A stretch of 50,778 nt of DNA from NCBI GenBank assembly GCA_964459165.1, contig CAYWKM010000001.1:1-50778 (forward strand), in the 5' to 3' direction. The DNA is from an uncultured Clostridia bacterium (GTDB taxonomy: Bacteria > Bacillota > Clostridia > Christensenellales > Borkfalkiaceae). The translations under genes and the position numbers were made by a program. Below the pieces are notes generated by a model. The model did not search any database. It worked only from the letters and a program-made list of their open reading frames with translations, and was not told the origin of the DNA. Each line of letters starts with the position of its first letter. Position 1 is the first letter of the stretch. Shown piece after piece: positions 42,441 through 50,778 of this stretch.

Positions 42441-43440
42441 ACACGTACCTCTTTTCTACCCGTTCGGAAAAGGAACAAAGAATTTCATAGGGAATCGTGC
42501 GCAGCCTCTTCGCCTCCTTCCACGCGTCGTCGAAGACGAGAAATTTACTCCCTTCGATCGATTGATCGGTCACGAAAGCGTCCATGCAAAGTCCGTTTAC
42601 GCCGAGAGGGCTGTTTTTCGTCAATCCGTCGGCATACCCGAAACGCACGGTGGCGTAATCCCCTTCGCGTCCCCTGCCGTAGCCGCACCCGTAGGGAAGG
42701 TATTCCTCCCTCGCGGAGACGGGCGCATAGCATTTCATGGCGGGACGCAAAATCGCCTTCTCTTGGGGGAAGGGCGCGTATCCGTAAATCCCAAGCCCGA
42801 CGCGCACCATATCGAGATGATATCTTTCATCCTTAAAAAGCCCGCCCGTCGAGCTGATATGCTTGATAAGCGGACGGCAAAAGACCTTCTCCGCTCTTTT
42901 CGAAGCGTCGAGAAAACGACGAAATTGCATTTCGTCGGCTTCCGTGTCCGCGCTGTCAAAAAAATGAGAATATATCCCTTCGACGCGCAGCCGACCGAAC
43001 GATTTCCTCTCCGCGAGGTTTTTTGTGAACGCGCGGGGAGAAAAGCCGTAGCGGTTCATCCCCGTATTTATTTTGATATGTACCCTCGCGCCGTCCGCTC
43101 CGCCCGCCTCCTTCGCGAAGGAAAGAGAGGAATCATCGGCTACGGTCATAATCAGAGAATGACCGACGGCGTCAAACGCGTCCTCTTCGCTCAAAGGCGG
43201 CGTGAGGACGAGAATATCCTTCGTTACGCCGACCGATCGCAGAGCGACGCCTTCGCTCGTCAGCGATACGGCGAAGCAATCCGCTTCCTCTTCGATGAAG
43301 AGGGAAACCTCCTCCGCCCCGTGTCCGTAAGCGTCCGCCTTGACGACGGCGCAGAATTTTTTCGCCTTCGACGCCCCTTTGAGCTCTTTGACGTTGTGCA
43401 AAATGCGATTCAGGTTTATTTCTTTGACAGCCGCCTGCAT
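42433..43440 (-). CDS. alr: Alanine racemase (short form)
   Basis: PLP-Lys motif AVVKADAYGHG, plus FGYADG and GLCMD segments. 335 aa. Confidence 0.85.
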   Translation of the reverse strand: MQAAVKEINLNRILHNVKELKGASKAKKFCAVVKADAYGHGAEEVSLFIEEEADCFAVSLTSEGVALRSVGVTKDILVLTPPLSEEDAFDAVGHSLIMTVADDSSLSFAKEAGGADGARVHIKINTGMNRYGFSPRAFTKNLAERKSFGRLRVEGIYSHFFDSADTEADEMQFRRFLDASKRAEKVFCRPLIKHISSTGGLFKDERYHLDMVRVGLGIYGYAPFPQEKAILRPAMKCYAPVSAREEYLPYGCGYGRGREGDYATVRFGYADGLTKNSPLGVNGLCMDAFVTDQSIEGSKFLVFDDAWKEAKRLRTIPYEILCSFSERVEKRYVYE

Positions 43441-43495
43441 ACCGATATTATATGCGAAGCGTCCGACGAGAGGTTCCTCTCTTTTGAAAGAAAAA

Positions 43496-44197
43496 TTACT
43501 CCGTATAGATAAATCTGTGACAGTTGTCGCATTCGATCACGCCGCCGCCCGAAAGCTTGTTGCGCGCCGCCAAGGGCAACTCCATGCCGCACATGGAACA
43601 TCGATCGTTTTTCAAAGGACAGAGAATGGGGAAGACGCTCTCCTTTCTCTTCGTCTTGTATTTTGCGAGAATTTCGGAAGAAATCGACTTTTCGATCTCG
43701 GAAAGCTCGGCGTTGATCTTATCCGTTTCCGCCCTCCTCGCCTCCTTCACCGAAGCGAATTTCTCCCGGTATTCGTTATATTGTTTTTGCATCTTGATCG
43801 TCTGCGCTTTCAGCTTTTTATATTCCTCCGCCGCGGCGTTGATTCTGCCTATCAGCATATTGATATCGGCTTTCAGCGCTTTGAGTCCTTCGGAGAGAGC
43901 CTGCGCGTTCTTCACGTAGAAAGTGACGTCCGCTCCGCTCGCGATCAGCTCGTCGATTCCGGAAAAATCCTTTAAAATTTCATTCATTTCGAGATATTTT
44001 TTCGTGAGGAGCTGCGCGATATGCTTGAGCTCCAAAGCTTTCGCGTCGATCGCGTCGAGCTTATCGCCGGCGCTTTCCAAAAATTTTCTCGCCTGAGAAA
44101 GCTTCTTTCTCTCGTCGCAGGTAGCGATTTCCTGCTCGACCTTTTTCAGCTTCGCGTCGACTTCCTGATAGCGTAATAAAGATTGTAAATTTGACAT
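43496..44197 (-). CDS. Coiled-coil zinc-ribbon protein (COG1579/DUF164 family)
   Basis: A long coiled coil followed by a C-terminal CSMCGMELP...ECDNCHRFIY double CxxC. Confidence 0.75.
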   Translation of the reverse strand: MSNLQSLLRYQEVDAKLKKVEQEIATCDERKKLSQARKFLESAGDKLDAIDAKALELKHIAQLLTKKYLEMNEILKDFSGIDELIASGADVTFYVKNAQALSEGLKALKADINMLIGRINAAAEEYKKLKAQTIKMQKQYNEYREKFASVKEARRAETDKINAELSEIEKSISSEILAKYKTKRKESVFPILCPLKNDRCSMCGMELPLAARNKLSGGGVIECDNCHRFIYTE

Positions 44198-44213
44198 TAT
44201 ATATACTCCTGTC

Positions 44214-45020
44214 TCAGAGCAGATGCGTATCCGTATGATAAAGGAAAGGCAACCCTGCCCGATTCATAATTTTTTCTGTTATTTTTCGAAAACCGTAATT
44301 TTCCGAAGCGTAGTGCGTGAGGCAAATTACGTTTAAATGAAGTTCCGTCGCCAGAGCGAGGATATGATGTTTAAAATCGGAGGAAACGACGACGTCCGCT
44401 CCGCTCTCATAAGCGTTGCGAATCGCCTTTTCGTCCGCGCCCGCGCCGCAGAAGGAGGCGCATTTTTTTACGATTTTCTCCTCCCCGTACGCGACGATCC
44501 GGTCGGAAGAAAAGGTCTTTTTCATATTGTTCACGAGCGAAGAAAACGAGACGCCGTTCAAAAAATAGCTTCTTCCGTAACCCGTCTTTTCTTCGGACAA
44601 CGGCTCGAAAATTTCATAGTCCTTCGCCTTCTCCCCTGCGGAGGAAAGAACGCCCTCCATGAGGTAATAATCGATTCCCTCTCTCGCGCAATCCATATTC
44701 AGATGCATGGAGACGACGGAAACGCCGCTCTCGATCGCGGCGAGCAACTTTTTCCCCAACGGATCGCCGATGCAAAGGTCGGAAATCTTCCCGTAAATCG
44801 CAGGGTGGTGCGTCACGATCAACTGCGCCCCTTCCCGTATCGCCCGATCGACGGCGCCGCAGGAAAAATCCAGCGAGCAGACGGCTTTCTCGACGCGCTT
44901 GCCGCTGTCTATGAGAATACCGCTGTTATCGTACGCGCCGTATTTTGCGCAATATTCGTCGCTGAGCGATTTCGGCGCATAGTCGTCGATCGCTCGATAG
45001 ATATCATTCAAGCAAGTCAT
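44214..45020 (-). CDS. Nif3-like dinuclear metal centre protein (YqfO family)
   Basis: LIVTHHPAIY motif. About 268 aa. It lies downstream of trmK, as in the Bacillus yqfN-yqfO pair. Confidence 0.8.
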   Translation of the reverse strand: MTCLNDIYRAIDDYAPKSLSDEYCAKYGAYDNSGILIDSGKRVEKAVCSLDFSCGAVDRAIREGAQLIVTHHPAIYGKISDLCIGDPLGKKLLAAIESGVSVVSMHLNMDCAREGIDYYLMEGVLSSAGEKAKDYEIFEPLSEEKTGYGRSYFLNGVSFSSLVNNMKKTFSSDRIVAYGEEKIVKKCASFCGAGADEKAIRNAYESGADVVVSSDFKHHILALATELHLNVICLTHYASENYGFRKITEKIMNRAGLPFLYHTDTHLL

Positions 45021-45666
45021 TCAGGATCTCCTTCAAATGCGCGAGACGGGCAAGGAGCGCGTTCCGACTCTCTTCGGACATTTTGTCAAACATATACGTA
45101 TGTATCTTGTCGATAGAAATCTGAATATACGCCTTAAAATCGGGAATCCGCAAACGCATATTGTCGCGGCCGAACTCGAATTCGTCGGGCGTATATTCCT
45201 CGCTTCCCCCTTGCCGTTCTCCTTTGATAACGTCGTAAAACTTGCCGTCGCGGAAGGTATAATCGGAAATGATTCTGCAGCCCGAAGATACGAGGTAACG
45301 GCGAAGCTCCTCCGAATTTTTCATGGGTTGAAAAACGAATTTTTCGGGAATAAAATCCCGCTTTAAAATCTCGGTGATCTCATGCCCTCCCATTCCTGCA
45401 ATCAACACGAGAGAGGTATCCTTCGGAATCTCTTTCAGCCCGTCGCAGCAGACGGACGTAAGAATCCCTTCGATGAGATACGTCCGCAACAGCGTCTCCG
45501 CTTTTTTCAGACTCGCGGGACTGATATCCGAAACGACGGCGCGGCGGCACAGGCGTCTCTCGAGCATATATTGCGCGCAATAGCCGTGATCGCAACCCAC
45601 GTCGGCAAAGCTCTCGCACTCTTCGAGTTCCTCGCAGAGCGTCCTGATTCTCTTAGAAACCGCCAT
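45004..45666 (-). CDS. trmK: tRNA (adenine22-N1)-methyltransferase
   Basis: DVGCDHGY motif. Located after rpoD. Confidence 0.8.
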   Translation of the reverse strand: MAVSKRIRTLCEELEECESFADVGCDHGYCAQYMLERRLCRRAVVSDISPASLKKAETLLRTYLIEGILTSVCCDGLKEIPKDTSLVLIAGMGGHEITEILKRDFIPEKFVFQPMKNSEELRRYLVSSGCRIISDYTFRDGKFYDVIKGERQGGSEEYTPDEFEFGRDNMRLRIPDFKAYIQISIDKIHTYMFDKMSEESRNALLARLAHLKEILNDLLE

Positions 45667-45713
45667 AAACCCTCCTTCTTTTTATTTCCGTATCGATTTG
45701 CTCCCGTTTTCTA

Positions 45714-46763
45714 TTATAAAAAATCCTTTAAAAGCTTACTTCTGGACGGATGGCGCAATTTTCTCAACGCTTTGGCTTCGATCTGGCGGATCCGTTCGCG
45801 CGTGACGTTAAATTCCTTTCCGACCTCTTCGAGCGTCCTGGGCTTGCCGTCGTCGATCCCGTATCTTAAACGGAGAACCTTTTCTTCCCTCGGCGTCAGC
45901 GTATCGAGTACGTTTACGAGCTTTTCTTTCAGCATGGAAAAGGACGCGGCTTCGGAGGGCGTCTGCGTTTTATTGTCCTCAATGAAGTCACCGAGGTGCG
46001 AATCTTCCTCTTCGCCGATCGGCGTTTCCAAAGAGACGGGATCCTGCGCGATGCGCTGAATTTCGCAGACGCGTTCCACGGTGATCCCCATTTCCCTTGC
46101 GATCTCTTCGGGCGTGGGTTCCCGTCCCGTCGTCTGTAAAAGAAGGCGGGAGACGCGGGTGAGCTTATTGATCGTCTCCACCATGTGTACGGGGATGCGG
46201 ATCGTCCTCGCCTGATCGGCGATGGCGCGGGTAATCGACTGCCGAATCCACCACGTGGCGTAGGTAGAGAACTTGAATCCCTTTTGATAGTCGAATTTTT
46301 CGACCGCCTTCATGAGCCCGAGATTTCCCTCCTGTATGAGATCGAGGAAAAGCATCCCCCTGCCCACGTACCTCTTGGCTATGGAGACGACCAAACGAAG
46401 ATTGGCTTCGGAGAGACGCTTCTTTGCCTCCTCGTCGCCCGCCTGCATTTTTTTTGCGAGCTCGATTTCATCCTCCGGCGACAAAAGAGGCACTCTGCCG
46501 ATATCCTTTAAGTACATTTTTACGGGATCGTCGAGATTCGTTTCAAGGAGAGCCTGTTCGAATAGCTCTTTGTCTCTTTCGTTTTCGTCGATGATCTGGA
46601 TACCGGCTTCGGCGAGGGAACGGTAAATATAATCAATCTGATTGGGATTGGTATCGTACTTTTCCATAATATCGCAGAGCGTATCTGTGGAAATATTCCC
46701 TTTTATTCTGTAATTGTTGATAATTCCGGCTAAAATTTCGTTTAATTTCTGATCGGATATCAT
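45714..46763 (-). CDS. rpoD: Primary RNA polymerase sigma factor (SigA/RpoD)
   Basis: Region 2 [17 protein letters not shown] and region 4.2 [29 protein letters not shown]. Confidence 0.95.
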   Translation of the reverse strand: MISDQKLNEILAGIINNYRIKGNISTDTLCDIMEKYDTNPNQIDYIYRSLAEAGIQIIDENERDKELFEQALLETNLDDPVKMYLKDIGRVPLLSPEDEIELAKKMQAGDEEAKKRLSEANLRLVVSIAKRYVGRGMLFLDLIQEGNLGLMKAVEKFDYQKGFKFSTYATWWIRQSITRAIADQARTIRIPVHMVETINKLTRVSRLLLQTTGREPTPEEIAREMGITVERVCEIQRIAQDPVSLETPIGEEEDSHLGDFIEDNKTQTPSEAASFSMLKEKLVNVLDTLTPREEKVLRLRYGIDDGKPRTLEEVGKEFNVTRERIRQIEAKALRKLRHPSRSKLLKDFL

Positions 46764-46820
46764 TTTATTTCTTCGTCCTCCGTTTTGTTTTCGTAAATTG
46801 CTTCCTTCTTTTTATACCCG

Positions 46821-48623
46821 CTATTCGCCTTTTTTTAGCGAAAGCGTGAGCTCCGACATCTTTTCGAGCAGGAGCTTTTTTTCGTCCTCGTTCGCACAGT
46901 TATTCAACTGCTCCGTAAGAATATGCAGGCGGTTTTTTATCATGTACGTCTCGAACGTCGCCACGCAATCCTTAAAGTAATCCGCCGCGTCCGCTCCGAG
47001 AAGCTTGTCCTCGGTATACAAATCGAGAATCTTTCCGAGCTCCGCATCCTCCTCGTCGATCATTTCGAAAATCCGGCTGGGTCGGATGCGCTCGCCCGTG
47101 CGCTCGCATTCATTGACGTATTCGACGATCCCGATATGCGCCTCGCTCGTAAAAAATTCGCTTTTCAAGGGATACCCGCGCGAGTATTCCCTGTCGAACA
47201 GTTTAGAGGCGAGAATAAACCGAGAAGCCTCGACGACCTTGTTGGGGACGCCCTTTGTCCATGCGATTTCCTTCTCCTTTTTCTCTTCGGGAGGATCGCC
47301 GATTAAATCGGGCTCCTCGTTCCTCTTCGCGTTCGCCATATCGGCGTTTAAGGAAAAAACGGAAAGCCCCGTCTTTTTGCTCAAATTCCCGATAAGCTCC
47401 TCCCTCACGGTACTTTCCGGCTCGTTTCCGATGATTTTTAACGCCTGCGAAACATACGTCCTCTTTTCCTCCGCTTTGCTCAAATCATACTTTTGTTCGA
47501 GCGCGTAGAGCTTGTAATCGACGAGCGGCATCGCTCGATCGAGGCACGCCCGATAGGCTTCGGCCCCGCCCGCTTTGATGACCTCGTCGGGATCCTTGCC
47601 CCCTGTGATGGGAACGACCTTCACGTGGAGCCCTTCGTTTTTTAAAATTTCCATACCGCGCAAATCCGCCTGCTGTCCCGCCGAATCCCCGTCGAAACTG
47701 ACGAGAATACGATCGGTATAGCGCTTCAACAGCCTCGCCTGATCCAGCGTGAGAGCGGTACCCATGCTCGCGACCACGTTATGAAACCCCGCCTGATAGA
47801 CGGTGACCGCGTCCATATATCCCTCTACGACGATGACGTTATTCACGGACTGAGATTTTTTCAGTTTCTTTAATAAATTGACGTTATAGAGCGTCTTGCT
47901 CTTATTGAAAAGGATTGTCTCCTTCGTATTTTTATATTTGGCGAAATCCGCTTTTTCGAGGAGTCTGCCGCCGAAAGCGATAACCTCGTCGAAGGCATTG
48001 ATGATGGGAATGATGAGCCGTCCGCCCTGAGCGTCGTAAAGAGTATTGTTTTTGCCCTCCGCGCATACGCCGGAAGCCAAGAGATCCTCTTTGGAAAAGC
48101 CCTTATCCTGTAAATAGACGGGGAGCGTTCTGAAATCGAGCGACGCGCCGAAACCGAATTTTTTAATCGTGCTCGGCTGAATCTTTCTGCGCGTGAGATA
48201 CTCCACGTGCGCGCCGGCTCTGTCGCCGTAAAGGTTATTGCGGTAAAATTTAGCCGTTTCAAGCATAATTTTAAGGAGCGTATCTTTATGCTTTTTTCTT
48301 TTGATCATTTCCTCCGTGTTGAAGTCCGCTTCCGGAACGGTCATTTTTACGCGATTCGCCAGCAGCTTTACCGCGTCGATAAATTCGATCGACTCGATTT
48401 CCTGCACAAACTTAATCACGTCGCCCGAAACGCCGCAGCCGAAACAATGATAGAACTGATCGTTTGCGCTCACCGAAAAAGACGGCGTTTTTTCGTGATG
48501 AAAGGGACAGCACGCCCAATAGTTGGCGCCCTTCCTTTCAAGAGACACGTAACCGGAAATCACTTCCACGATGTTGTTTCTTGCTTTCAATTCGTTCATA
48601 AAAGCGGGATCGAATCCTCGCAC
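46821..48623 (-). CDS. dnaG: DNA primase
   Basis: Zinc finger CPFHHEKTPSFSV...YHCFGCGVSGD and TOPRIM motifs VVEGYMD / FDGDSAGQ. Confidence 0.95.
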   Translation of the reverse strand: MRGFDPAFMNELKARNNIVEVISGYVSLERKGANYWACCPFHHEKTPSFSVSANDQFYHCFGCGVSGDVIKFVQEIESIEFIDAVKLLANRVKMTVPEADFNTEEMIKRKKHKDTLLKIMLETAKFYRNNLYGDRAGAHVEYLTRRKIQPSTIKKFGFGASLDFRTLPVYLQDKGFSKEDLLASGVCAEGKNNTLYDAQGGRLIIPIINAFDEVIAFGGRLLEKADFAKYKNTKETILFNKSKTLYNVNLLKKLKKSQSVNNVIVVEGYMDAVTVYQAGFHNVVASMGTALTLDQARLLKRYTDRILVSFDGDSAGQQADLRGMEILKNEGLHVKVVPITGGKDPDEVIKAGGAEAYRACLDRAMPLVDYKLYALEQKYDLSKAEEKRTYVSQALKIIGNEPESTVREELIGNLSKKTGLSVFSLNADMANAKRNEEPDLIGDPPEEKKEKEIAWTKGVPNKVVEASRFILASKLFDREYSRGYPLKSEFFTSEAHIGIVEYVNECERTGERIRPSRIFEMIDEEDAELGKILDLYTEDKLLGADAADYFKDCVATFETYMIKNRLHILTEQLNNCANEDEKKLLLEKMSELTLSLKKGE

Positions 48624-48694
48624 GGCAACGCGCCTCCTTTTTTATTTTTTTGAAACAGAACGTTATCCCTGTTTCCTCTCGCCGTCCCTTCCCG

Positions 48695-49702
48695 TCAGAC
48701 AGTCGCCCCGTCGAAGCTGAAATTTTTGGGGACGAAGAGATCTTCAAACACGTTGATCGCGTACCGATCGGTCATCGAGGACAGATAGTCGCAGACGACG
48801 ACCTCCAAGGGAAAGTCTTCGAGCAGAATTTTATAATTTTGCGGAATTTTATCCTTATGGTGCAAAAAGTAAGCGAACATCGCCGAAAGCATTCTTTCGG
48901 CGCTCTTCTGCGTCTTTTCGTTTACCTTTGCATAAACCTCTTCAAACATAAACCGGCGGAGGTTATCCGACGCCGTCTGTATGCGCTCCGACATACGGAC
49001 GAAATTCTTGCCGGCGGAAAAGGCGACGACGTCCTTTATCGCCGTATCGATGCGCGCGCCCGTGCTTCTGCCGAGAATGGAAATTTCTTCCTTGGGCAAA
49101 TCGCTCTCTTTAATGACTCCCCCGCGCACCGCGTCGGCAATATCATGATTGATGTAGGCGATTCTGTCCGCCAGAGAAACGCAATAGCCTTCCAGCGTGG
49201 AAGGCGTTCCCTTTGAAGTGTGATGAAGGATTCCGTCGCGAACTTCGTACGTCAGATTAAGCCCCTTACATTCGTTTTCGAGAATATCCACGACGCGCAG
49301 AGATTGCTCGTTGTGGCGAAATCCGTAGGGAGAAAGCTCGTTCAACACCCTTTCGCCGATGTGCCCGCAAGGCGTATGTCCGAGATCGTGACCGAGCGCG
49401 ATCGCCTCGGCGAGATCTTCGTTTAAACAAAGACAGCGCGCGATGCTTCGCGCGATCTGGCAAACGTCGAGCGTGTGCGTGAGACGAGTAATGTAGTGAT
49501 CGCCGTCGGGCGAAAAAAAGACCTGCGTCTTATTTTTCAGACGCATGAAGGCCTTGCTGTAAATAATCCTGTCGCGATCGCGCTGAAAATCGGTGCGCAG
49601 GGCGCAGGGTTCTTCCTGCCGCGCGCGACCCGCCGTTTCGCAGGATTTCTTTGCAAACGGAGACAAAAACAAGCTCTCTTTTTCGTATGTCTTTTCTTTC
49701 AT
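48695..49702 (-). CDS. dGTP triphosphohydrolase-like HD-domain protein
   Basis: RDRDRIIYS, THTLDV and GHDLGHTPCGH motifs. ATG 49702 is preferred over the TTG at 49732. It lies directly upstream of dnaG. Confidence 0.8.
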   Translation of the reverse strand: MKEKTYEKESLFLSPFAKKSCETAGRARQEEPCALRTDFQRDRDRIIYSKAFMRLKNKTQVFFSPDGDHYITRLTHTLDVCQIARSIARCLCLNEDLAEAIALGHDLGHTPCGHIGERVLNELSPYGFRHNEQSLRVVDILENECKGLNLTYEVRDGILHHTSKGTPSTLEGYCVSLADRIAYINHDIADAVRGGVIKESDLPKEEISILGRSTGARIDTAIKDVVAFSAGKNFVRMSERIQTASDNLRRFMFEEVYAKVNEKTQKSAERMLSAMFAYFLHHKDKIPQNYKILLEDFPLEVVVCDYLSSMTDRYAINVFEDLFVPKNFSFDGATV

Positions 49703-49836
49703 GGATATTCCCGATAAAAGGTTCCCCTTCAAACCTTTCTTTCAAAAAGATTCCTATTCGTTCTTTATAATTAAATATACGACGAAGAAAGGCTTTTTTC
49801 CTCTCTTTTATGAAAAATTTTTCTCTTTTTTCAACC

Positions 49837-50538
49837 TTACACGGCGAATCCGCCGTTGACGGAAAGCACGGCTCCGTTGACGTAATCGTTTTCGATGAGA
49901 TAGAGGAGCGCCTTTGCAATATCTTCCCCCCTTCCGAACCTTCCCGCAGGAATCTCTTCCTTTAAATTTTCCTTCTCTTCGTCGGAAAGGTGACCGTTCA
50001 TCGCCGTATCGATGACGCCGGGCGCGATGCAGTTTACGCGAATTCCCGAATAACCGACCTCTTTCGATAAAGCCTTCGTAAATCCTATTATTGCCGATTT
50101 GCTCGCCGAATATGCAACCTCGCACGAAGCGCCGACTTCTCCCCATACGGAAGAGATGTTTACGATAATCCCTCCGCCGAGAGGGAGCATCTTTTTAACC
50201 GCCTCCCTGCTGCAAAGAAAAGTTCCCCCGACGTTGACGGAAAAGAGTTTATTCCATTCCTCCAAAGAGGTATCCTGTATCTGCCCTATGAGGCTAACGC
50301 CTGCGTTGTTGACGAGCACGTCCGCTCTATTCAGAGAGGCGAAAAAAGCTTCTACCTCCTTCTCGTCGGCTACGTCGCATTTTACGAACCGCACGTAAGG
50401 AAGCGCGCTCTCCGCCCTCTTCGCCGCCTCGTCGTCCCTTGAATAGAGCGCGTACACGACGTATCCCTCGTCGAACAACGCCTTTGCCAAAGAAAATCCG
50501 ATTCCTCTCGTTCCGCCCGTAACGATCGCCGTCTTCAT
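49837..50538 (-). CDS. Short-chain dehydrogenase/reductase (FabG-like)
   Basis: TGGTRGIG cofactor motif, NNAG, and catalytic YSASK. Confidence 0.85.
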   Translation of the reverse strand: MKTAIVTGGTRGIGFSLAKALFDEGYVVYALYSRDDEAAKRAESALPYVRFVKCDVADEKEVEAFFASLNRADVLVNNAGVSLIGQIQDTSLEEWNKLFSVNVGGTFLCSREAVKKMLPLGGGIIVNISSVWGEVGASCEVAYSASKSAIIGFTKALSKEVGYSGIRVNCIAPGVIDTAMNGHLSDEEKENLKEEIPAGRFGRGEDIAKALLYLIENDYVNGAVLSVNGGFAV

Positions 50539-50539
50539 C

Positions 50540-50778
50540 TTATCGATCGCCTTGAGGACCTGCCCCCGCCGTATTTTCGGACGCGGGCGCGGCGGCTCCC
50601 GCCGTATTTTCTGGCGCGGGCGCAGCGGCCTCCGCCGTGTTTTCTGGCGCGGGCGCGGCGGCCTCCGCCGTATTTTCTGGCGCTGGCGCGGCGACCTCCG
50701 CCGTGTTTTCGGGCGCGGGCGCGGCGACCTCCGCCGTGTTTTCTGCCGATTTCTTAAAAATGCTTCCGGGAACGTTGA
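50540..50778 (-). CDS. 3' end of a gene (5' part outside the window) encoding a C-terminal 11-residue tandem-repeat tail
   Basis: Hand translation of the minus strand gives ...NVPGSIFKKSAENTAEVAAPAPENTAEVAAPAPENTAEAAAPAPENTAEAAAPAPENTAGAAAPASENTAGAGPQGDR, with stop TAA at 50542-50540. That is 1 nt before the SDR start codon. It is not in the ORF track because no start lies inside the window. Confidence 0.55.
   Translation of the reverse strand, partial: NVPGSIFKKSAENTAEVAAPAPENTAEVAAPAPENTAEAAAPAPENTAEAAAPAPENTAGAAAPASENTAGAGPQGDR
50566..50746. repeat. Tandem 33-bp repeat, about 5.5 copies
   Basis: The anchor CCGCCGT recurs at 50566, 50599, 50632, 50665, 50698 and 50731 (period exactly 33). 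Units differ by a few substitutions. Confidence 0.9.

Noticed and set aside
42562-43512. A 316-aa plus-strand ORF antisense to alr
   Set aside because: Shadow ORF. The alr frame has the PLP-Lys motif and operon context, and the antisense product is Arg-rich with no recognisable features.
47192-47198. A second TGTCGAA (0A-box) match
   Set aside because: It lies inside the dnaG coding sequence far from any promoter, consistent with chance occurrence of a 7-mer.

Overview
A 50.8 kb chromosomal window that looks like an endospore-forming Firmicute (Clostridia-like). Supporting genes are a Spo0A-family gene, ylbJ/ylbK-type sporulation neighbours, nfnAB and a dgt-dnaG-rpoD macromolecular-synthesis operon. 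GC is about 50% by eye. I call about 50 protein genes, mostly on the minus strand and often with overlapping stops and starts. I saw no rRNA, tRNA, CRISPR array, IS element or integrase. Left part (0.4-19 kb): Spo0A-like regulator, NfnAB, a cation/proton antiporter, an aldo-keto reductase, a LytTR two-component system followed by a two-gene ABC exporter, an operon of a permease, hisC, an AraM-like protein and a HAD phosphatase, an orphan MsmX-like ABC ATPase, and a phosphohexomutase. Middle part (19.1-33.2 kb) is the accessory region and the most interesting one. It holds a tightly packed, apparently intact phage head and DNA-packaging operon: TerL, a TerS-like mini-protein, portal, scaffold, capsid and three post-capsid proteins, in the gene order of phage P22 genes 2-1-8-5-4-10-26. 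No tail, lysis, replication, repressor or integration genes are visible. Next to it is a small sigma-region-4-like regulator whose leader carries a perfect Gram-positive LexA (Cheo) box. Two oppositely oriented signal-peptide/C-terminal-anchor proteins (SH3-like and beta-propeller-like) are interleaved with it, and two unknown polytopic membrane proteins lie downstream. Right part (33-50.8 kb): a GH43 lipoprotein, patatin/ylbJ, then a long housekeeping operon (alr, 5-formyl-THF cyclo-ligase, rsmD, an unusual HTH-CoaD fusion, DAHP synthase, pheA). This is followed by a COG1579 zinc-ribbon gene, nif3, trmK, rpoD, dnaG, dgt, an SDR, and the 3' end of a gene with six 33-bp in-frame tandem repeats. 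Other notable points are a Spo0A-family protein whose receiver lacks the phospho-acceptor Asp, and four genes whose promoter -10 box sits 6-7 nt before the ATG with no Shine-Dalgarno (leaderless-type architecture). All coordinates of motifs and hairpins were counted by hand. All family assignments come from recognised motifs, not from searches.
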